This document shows positions 17,497-20,000 of a stretch of 20,000 bases of DNA, piece after piece. The notes under the pieces were generated by a model. That model was not told the origin of the DNA. It saw only the letters and a list, made by a program, of their open reading frames with translations, and did no database searches. Where the stretch lies: positions 53,753 to 73,752 of the IMG/VR virus record IMGVR_UViG_3300030118_003168, one strand, 5' to 3'. The position numbers and the translations under genes are program-made. The stretch comes from an uncultured virus (IMG/VR IMGVR_UViG_3300030118_003168). Its lineage: Duplodnaviria; Heunggongvirae; Uroviricota; Caudoviricetes. Position 1 is the stretch's first letter, and every line of letters begins with the position of its first letter.

Positions 17497-17510
17497 ACTT
17501 CCATCTCCTT
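17281..17510 (-). repeat. 18-bp direct repeat AAGGAGATGGAA(G/A)TATGA at 17493-17510 and 17281-17298
   Basis: + strand tcatacttccatctcctt versus tcatatttccatctcctt, one mismatch; each copy encodes KEME(V/I)* and supplies the SD plus ATGA start of the next ORF. Confidence 0.9.
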
Positions 17511-19145
17511 TGCCTTAAATGCCGCTAATCTAATTGCTTCTCTTGCACTTGCAGTAATTGATGCGGCTAAATTAACATTAGCCCAACCAAATCCTTGAAA
17601 TGCAACGATACCGTAAAAAGAAGCCATTAAACGCTTAACTGCCATTTGATTGTTATACCACTTCGCATAATCTCCCGTTCCTCTTGCTTCTCTCATAAGT
17701 CGCTTATATTCGTTTCGCAACTCCTTAAGTTCCAATACTGCTCTCGGTAATAATCCAAGTTCATCAGTTTTGAAGTAAATCATTTGTTTTCTAGTAGTTT
17801 CACTAAAATCTCTTGGTGTTAAGATATTAACTGCAAATTCTGTTGGTTCTTCACTAATTGTTTCCCAACTGATATTACGAGCAATCATCATACTAGGATA
17901 TAGACCTGCAAAATCAAAAGCAGCAACATTAAGATGTAATCCATTTGTTTCTTCACTTAATGGGTCATAAATCATAGCACCTTCATATTCTTCTCTTTTA
18001 TCCACTTTACTTCCTGTTGGTGCTTTCCACCAAGCATTACGCATAAAGTAAATAGAACCCATATGAGAAGCATAGAAACAAGCATCAAATGGTGCTTTTA
18101 GCAATCTTTGTAATGAAAGAATTGCTTCACTACAAAAGTTTGTTTCATCAATTTCAACAATCAATTCAACATCTTTTAGAGCATACTCAAGATAAGTTTC
18201 CGTATCTTCTAACCAAGCACGACGATAAAATTCATTTGTATCTGGGAACTTTTCCGATACTAACTTCTTTTTACCAAGAACCATTTCACCGATATAATCT
18301 AATGACATTGATGGTAATGTTCCTCTTTGAGAATCATTCCATTGTCTTTCAAATGCTAAATCTAATGAAAGCGTAATTCGCCCACCAATAGGTTGTTCAA
18401 TCGGACTAAATCCATTCTCCGCATAAGCAAAAGAAAATCCGTCCTTTGTCTTTTTAATACCCTTAACATACCCAATAGGCGACATAATGCAAGGATTCAA
18501 TCCTACTGCACACGCTCTTTCTAATAACTTAGGAATATCAGCAAAATTACCAAACCAAGCAATTAACATATCTGGGTCTTTTATAATCATTGTAGTCATA
18601 AAAGATTCAATCATATCTTTTTCATTATCAAAAACAAAATGATGAAACGATTGATTTATTTTCTGTTCAATGAATTGTTCTTCAGGAAACCATACCCATT
18701 GGTAGTATGCTTCATCGTAATTGTCATAAACAACAATTGTAGTCAATTGGTCGTGATATTCTCCGCCTTGTTGCCATTCCATATCCCAATACCATTTACG
18801 CATATTATATTCGGGCATTTCATGTAATTCATCTACACAATATCTAAAGTGTAAAGGAACATCTGCTTCATAGGTTTTACCAAATATCTTCTTTGCTTCT
18901 CTAATATCATTTGCTGAATCTACTAAAACTTTCTTTAGTGGTTCTTTATCAAGATTAACCCAATCACCACGAATATAATCAAAATCTCTAGTAATATATT
19001 TAGAAGCATTATACGCTGGCGGTTCATGCGCTTCTTCATCCACATAGAAATAGGGTTGAAAATTAACCAATTCAAACTTTTTTTCACCATTTTCCCTCCA
19101 TGATTTATAAATAGTTCTACCATCATTCATCTTGTTAATTATCAT
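17493..19145 (-). CDS. polB: Family B DNA polymerase, N-terminal subunit (N-domain, 3'-5' exonuclease, motifs A and B)
   Basis: 'YEADVPLHFRYCVD', ExoI 'WDMEW', ExoII 'WFGNFAD', ExoIII 'YALKDV', 'YEGAMI', motif A 'DFAGLYPSMM', motif B 'QMAVKRLMASFYG', 'AASITASARE'; stops just before motif C. Confidence 0.95.
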   Translation of the reverse strand: MIINKMNDGRTIYKSWRENGEKKFELVNFQPYFYVDEEAHEPPAYNASKYITRDFDYIRGDWVNLDKEPLKKVLVDSANDIREAKKIFGKTYEADVPLHFRYCVDELHEMPEYNMRKWYWDMEWQQGGEYHDQLTTIVVYDNYDEAYYQWVWFPEEQFIEQKINQSFHHFVFDNEKDMIESFMTTMIIKDPDMLIAWFGNFADIPKLLERACAVGLNPCIMSPIGYVKGIKKTKDGFSFAYAENGFSPIEQPIGGRITLSLDLAFERQWNDSQRGTLPSMSLDYIGEMVLGKKKLVSEKFPDTNEFYRRAWLEDTETYLEYALKDVELIVEIDETNFCSEAILSLQRLLKAPFDACFYASHMGSIYFMRNAWWKAPTGSKVDKREEYEGAMIYDPLSEETNGLHLNVAAFDFAGLYPSMMIARNISWETISEEPTEFAVNILTPRDFSETTRKQMIYFKTDELGLLPRAVLELKELRNEYKRLMREARGTGDYAKWYNNQMAVKRLMASFYGIVAFQGFGWANVNLAASITASAREAIRLAAFKAKEMEV

Positions 19146-19151
19146 TGTTAT

Positions 19152-19931
19152 TCACCCATTTACTGTTGGGGCTTTTAGTAGCATTCTATCATTTGCAACT
19201 AATAAAAGCGGAAATTCATCTTTCATATAAACATTAATCATTTGGTCTTTTTCAAAGAAAGCATAAACTGGACTACTAAATTCAACAGTCGCAGGTTCTC
19301 CCATAGGAAATACAGGAGTAATCGTTTCTTCGTATTTATTTGTGACATTTTCTCTTGAAGATACTGTCAAGAGACTTTCATTGTAATCAAACTTATAGAC
19401 ACCATTTTTAACCAATTCACAATTTTTGATTGCTGATTGTAATTGCGGTTGAGTTAGAGTAAATGCTCCCTCAAATGAGGATTTGCCAAAACCAAACAAT
19501 GTTTGCGGTTGTATTTCATACCTAACATGATTTAACATATTTTTAATTCTAACCAAAGCCGCATCACTTGGATGATTAACGACTATTGGGATAGAGGCTT
19601 TTTTATTTGCGCCATTGAGTGCAATAAAATCACCTACATTGAAAGTTACAATGTCTCCAAAAGTTTTCAAATAAGGCAATAAAGTAGTGGTATCAACCAC
19701 ACAAGTTCCTTCTACTATTCTTGTATTGATTTCTTCATCTAACTGAATATCAAGTTTTACAAAGAAAGTATTGTTTCCATTCCAAATACTGAGAATATTA
19801 TCCTCAATAATAAGCATAACATAAGAACCAAGCGAAGTATTACCAAAACCACTATTTGTGCTTCCTTTACCTTTAACTTGAATACTTGTTAATGCTTTAC
19901 TTAGTTTATCACACTCTACTGTAAATATCAA
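19152..19931 (-). CDS. pcn: Probable PCNA-like DNA sliding clamp
   Basis: 259 aa with a two-fold repeated strand-helix-strands pattern typical of PCNA; directly upstream of polB, whose C-subunit ends in a PIP box. TTG start overlapping the upstream TGA. Sequence is divergent. Confidence 0.7.
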   Translation of the reverse strand: MIFTVECDKLSKALTSIQVKGKGSTNSGFGNTSLGSYVMLIIEDNILSIWNGNNTFFVKLDIQLDEEINTRIVEGTCVVDTTTLLPYLKTFGDIVTFNVGDFIALNGANKKASIPIVVNHPSDAALVRIKNMLNHVRYEIQPQTLFGFGKSSFEGAFTLTQPQLQSAIKNCELVKNGVYKFDYNESLLTVSSRENVTNKYEETITPVFPMGEPATVEFSSPVYAFFEKDQMINVYMKDEFPLLLVANDRMLLKAPTVNG

Positions 19932-20000
19932 ATTGAACCCTCACGCAATTCAGGAATACCATTCCAAACTATATTAGGTGCTTTACCTTCTCTAATAGTC
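19928..20000 (-). CDS. 3' end of an upstream gene (partial)
   Basis: Open frame ...TIREGKAPNIVWNGIPELREGSI* whose TGA overlaps the TTG start of the clamp gene. Confidence 0.55.
   Translation of the reverse strand, partial: TIREGKAPNIVWNGIPELREGSI

Noticed and set aside
10005..18827. Plus-strand ORFs in the replication module (10005-10367, 10985-11236, 12608-12865, 14200-14475, 14999-15250, 15457-15672, 16118-16309, 18089-18376, 18639-18827)
   Set aside because: Antisense to well-supported - strand genes; 10005-10367 is better explained by the two small - strand ORFs and the exonuclease.
18935..19126. 63-aa alternative-frame ORF inside polB-N
   Set aside because: Nested out of frame in a conserved gene with no SD; the hydrophobic look is expected from AT-rich off-frame translation.

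Overview
AT-rich, gene-dense fragment of a tailed dsDNA virus of archaea. Gene content and GGAGGTGA-type ribosome-binding sites fit a magrovirus-like virus (Marine Group II/Poseidoniales host); this assignment is inferred, not searched. Two convergent modules meet at a GC-rich hairpin near 9.9 kb. The + strand (1-9844) carries a tail module: a >2200-aa hub-like protein entering from outside the window, a tail-collar-like protein, a tail fibre and a putative adhesin. The - strand (9901-20000) carries a translationally coupled replication module: PCNA-like clamp, family B DNA polymerase split into two genes with six small ORFs between the halves, Cas4-like nuclease, AEP primase with a fused PriL-like C-terminal domain, ERCC4/XPF nuclease, MCM-like ATPase, DUF4177-like protein, DEDDy exonuclease and small ORFs. 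Four complete small ORFs missing from the ORF track were found by hand. The most interesting points are the split polB with a repeat-bounded cargo island, coordinated substitutions in the polymerase active-site motifs, and a 50-aa zinc ribbon with TFS/TFIIS spacing that lacks the catalytic acidic pair.
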